A stretch of DNA of 63,992 nucleotides, filler included, from Octopus bimaculoides (Eukaryota): the NCBI RefSeq assembly GCF_001194135.2. It is 7 parts of 5 records of this genome, joined end to end, with 100 filler letters (N's around TTAATTAATTAA, not from the genome) between each part and the next. Parts side by side here need not be neighbours in the genome. Positions count along the whole stretch, not along the records: positions 62,086 to 63,992 come from NC_068986.1; 6 more parts are not named here. One strand, given 5' to 3'. Below the pieces are notes generated by a model. That model was not told where the DNA came from. It did not search any database and saw only the letters and a program-made list of their open reading frames with translations. This document shows, one piece after another, positions 62,086-63,992 of the stretch. Every line of letters begins with the position of its first letter. Within the stretch, counting starts at the first letter, position 1. The translations under genes and the position numbers were made by a program.

Positions 62086-63003
62086 TAAAGAGTTTGTCCC
62101 GAACAGGTAAGGCATCTCTATAATAACATTGCTATGCTAGGGACTTTTGGAAATTGTCCAAAGGCCCTGACCCGAATGTTCTTCGGTATAGGCTGGCGAG
62201 TTGACTGTCATCGAAGACCAGGGTTTACCCCAAGACGTCGTCGCATTTAATCTCTACTAAACCTCTATAAAAGGACGAGGTGGAACCCCCGCCGCCGGCA
62301 TTGCCCGCTTGGGGGAGAAGCACGAATGCCAGACGACACTGTGTGCCAAGCTCCTAACGCTTAATCCATAGGTCCAGTTCAGTAAACGAGGTGAACCGTG
62401 GAAACAACTGTCTGACGAACGGTGACCACACCTGCACACCGTCCAGGTAGAGCCAGAGATGCCTCAGCCTGAGTGCACGCCTGCGCAATTTTAGCTACGG
62501 CATCCCTAGCTCACCCTTAAACGGTTGCTGGCAGCAGATAGAGCGCCTTACAAGAGGTCCACTGCCCTCCCACAAAAAGTGGAAGAGCATGCGTTCCAGT
62601 TTGTTCAGCCACGAATCGGAGCAAGGCACGACAGTCAGGCGGTAGGTAATTACAGATGCGATGAACACACCTGCTACATCCACTCTCCCTTTCAGGGATA
62701 GCTTCCGCTCAGACCAGGTCAGAGTTAGGAGAGCAACCCTGCTCACCACCTCACTCCAGTTCTTCCCTATCTGGAGGTCTCGATCAAACCAGACCCCTAG
62801 CATTTTTACCGGTCCGTCCGTCCAGTGACTCTTGACGCTGTTGGGTGGCATCGACTTGCCCCTCCAGGTGCCGAGTTGCAAGCCGACCGATTTATCCCGG
62901 TTAATTTTTGCTCCTGCCACCGCTTCGTAATCTCTTAGGGCCTCACCTACCCGCTATACGTCTTCGACACGGGATACGATGACGGTAATGTCGTCCGCAT
63001 AAA
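62086..63003 (-). mobile_element. L1/Tx1-clade LINE ORF2 fragment (RT C-terminus and thumb)
   Basis: YADDITVIV (62990-63001), GAKINRDKS, VKMLGVW, KLSLKGR, FHFLW and GELGMP motifs. Visibly GC-rich, with few stops. Confidence 0.88.
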
Positions 63004-63466
63004 CCGTATGTAAACTGGTTAAACAACGTAAGTTTTAATATCATAAAAAAGGAAAAAAGACGGAAATATCACACACCTGCTACCACGCAAAAAAAAAAGA
63101 AGAAAGATTTTGATAAAAAACAGTTAAATAGTACTGCTCGAGAGTGGGGTTTGAGTAGCTATTGCACTTTCTTTTATTTATAATTCATTTTCATTCATTC
63201 TTTTATATTTTATATCCCAACTGGTGTTGTCTGTCCATGTACTGTTCCTCTACGTTAGGCCTTCAGTGGCCAATAAAGAAATGAGTGTCATATGCACAGT
63301 CATAGCGTACAGGTCGTAGGAATTATTGAATAGAGATATCGTGGAGTGTTCGTTGAAGATACACAGTTGGTGAGTAATAAGAGAACATCAAGAACATTTA
63401 ATATTATAACAGTTCAGATATAACAGCGATGACGAGAAGTCGTACGTCATATCAATATACATATTC

Positions 63467-63665
63467 TTTTATTCTTTTACTTGTTTCAGTCATTTGACTG
63501 CGGCCATGCTGGAGTACCACCTTTAGTCGAACAAATCGACCCCAGGACTTATTCTTTGTAAGCCTCGTACTTATTCTTTCGGTCGCTTATTCTTTTTGCC
63601 GAACCGTTAAGTTGCGGGGACGTAAACACACTAGCATCGGTTGTCAAGTGATGGCAGGGTGATAG
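63467..63665 (-). mobile_element. SINE family A 3' half followed by its microsatellite
   Basis: The + strand TTCTTTTACTTGTTTCAGTCATTTGACTGCGGCCATGCTGGAG... is the reverse complement of the family 3' end. Confidence 0.88.
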
Positions 63666-63704
63666 ACACAGACACACAAATACATACATACAAATATATA
63701 TATC

Positions 63705-63735
<31 letters not shown>

Positions 63736-63992
63736 AATTATATGTGTGTGTGTGTGCGTGTGTGCGTGTGTGTGTACACGCTAATATTGAACAGTGAGAA
63801 TGAGTACTCAATACTGCACTGGCAGATAAATAGCATTTATATGTGGGTTAACAAGGCTACCAATGATTTCATGTAAATAGGGATCCCACTTCACATGAAA
63901 TCATTGGTAGCCTTATGAACTCACAAATTAAGTATACATACATACATACATGTGTGTGGGTGTGTATAGTTTATATATATATATATATATAT

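Overview
AT-rich, microsatellite-dense animal genomic DNA with many N gaps. The SINE families and repeat load point to a cephalopod, probably Octopus (inference). The window is not one contiguous locus: six identical artificial joins (44 N + TTAATTAATTAA + 44 N) split it into seven blocks. Host genes: (1) two clean + strand exons of a GABA-B receptor subunit 2-like GPCR (23288-23389, 25777-26001); (2) a - strand first coding exon (35569-36179) of an unrecognised secreted protein; (3) several orphan exon or micro-exon candidates. Most of the rest is mobile DNA: three or four tRNA/RTE-type SINE families, a near full-length decayed CR1-like LINE, restriction-like-endonuclease (R4/Dong/HERO-type) LINE 3' ends sitting in triplet microsatellites, RTE, Tx1 and Penelope fragments, Tc1/mariner remnants, MITEs and a ~265-bp foldback. 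The most interesting unannotated signals are three minimal type I hammerhead-ribozyme-like motifs: one with canonical core motifs and a duplicated core (37260-37360), and two sharing a variant CUGU(U/C)GA core (24693-24730, 55380-55417). Most long ORFs in the supplied track are microsatellite or N-gap artefacts. No database searches were run; family names come from motif recognition.
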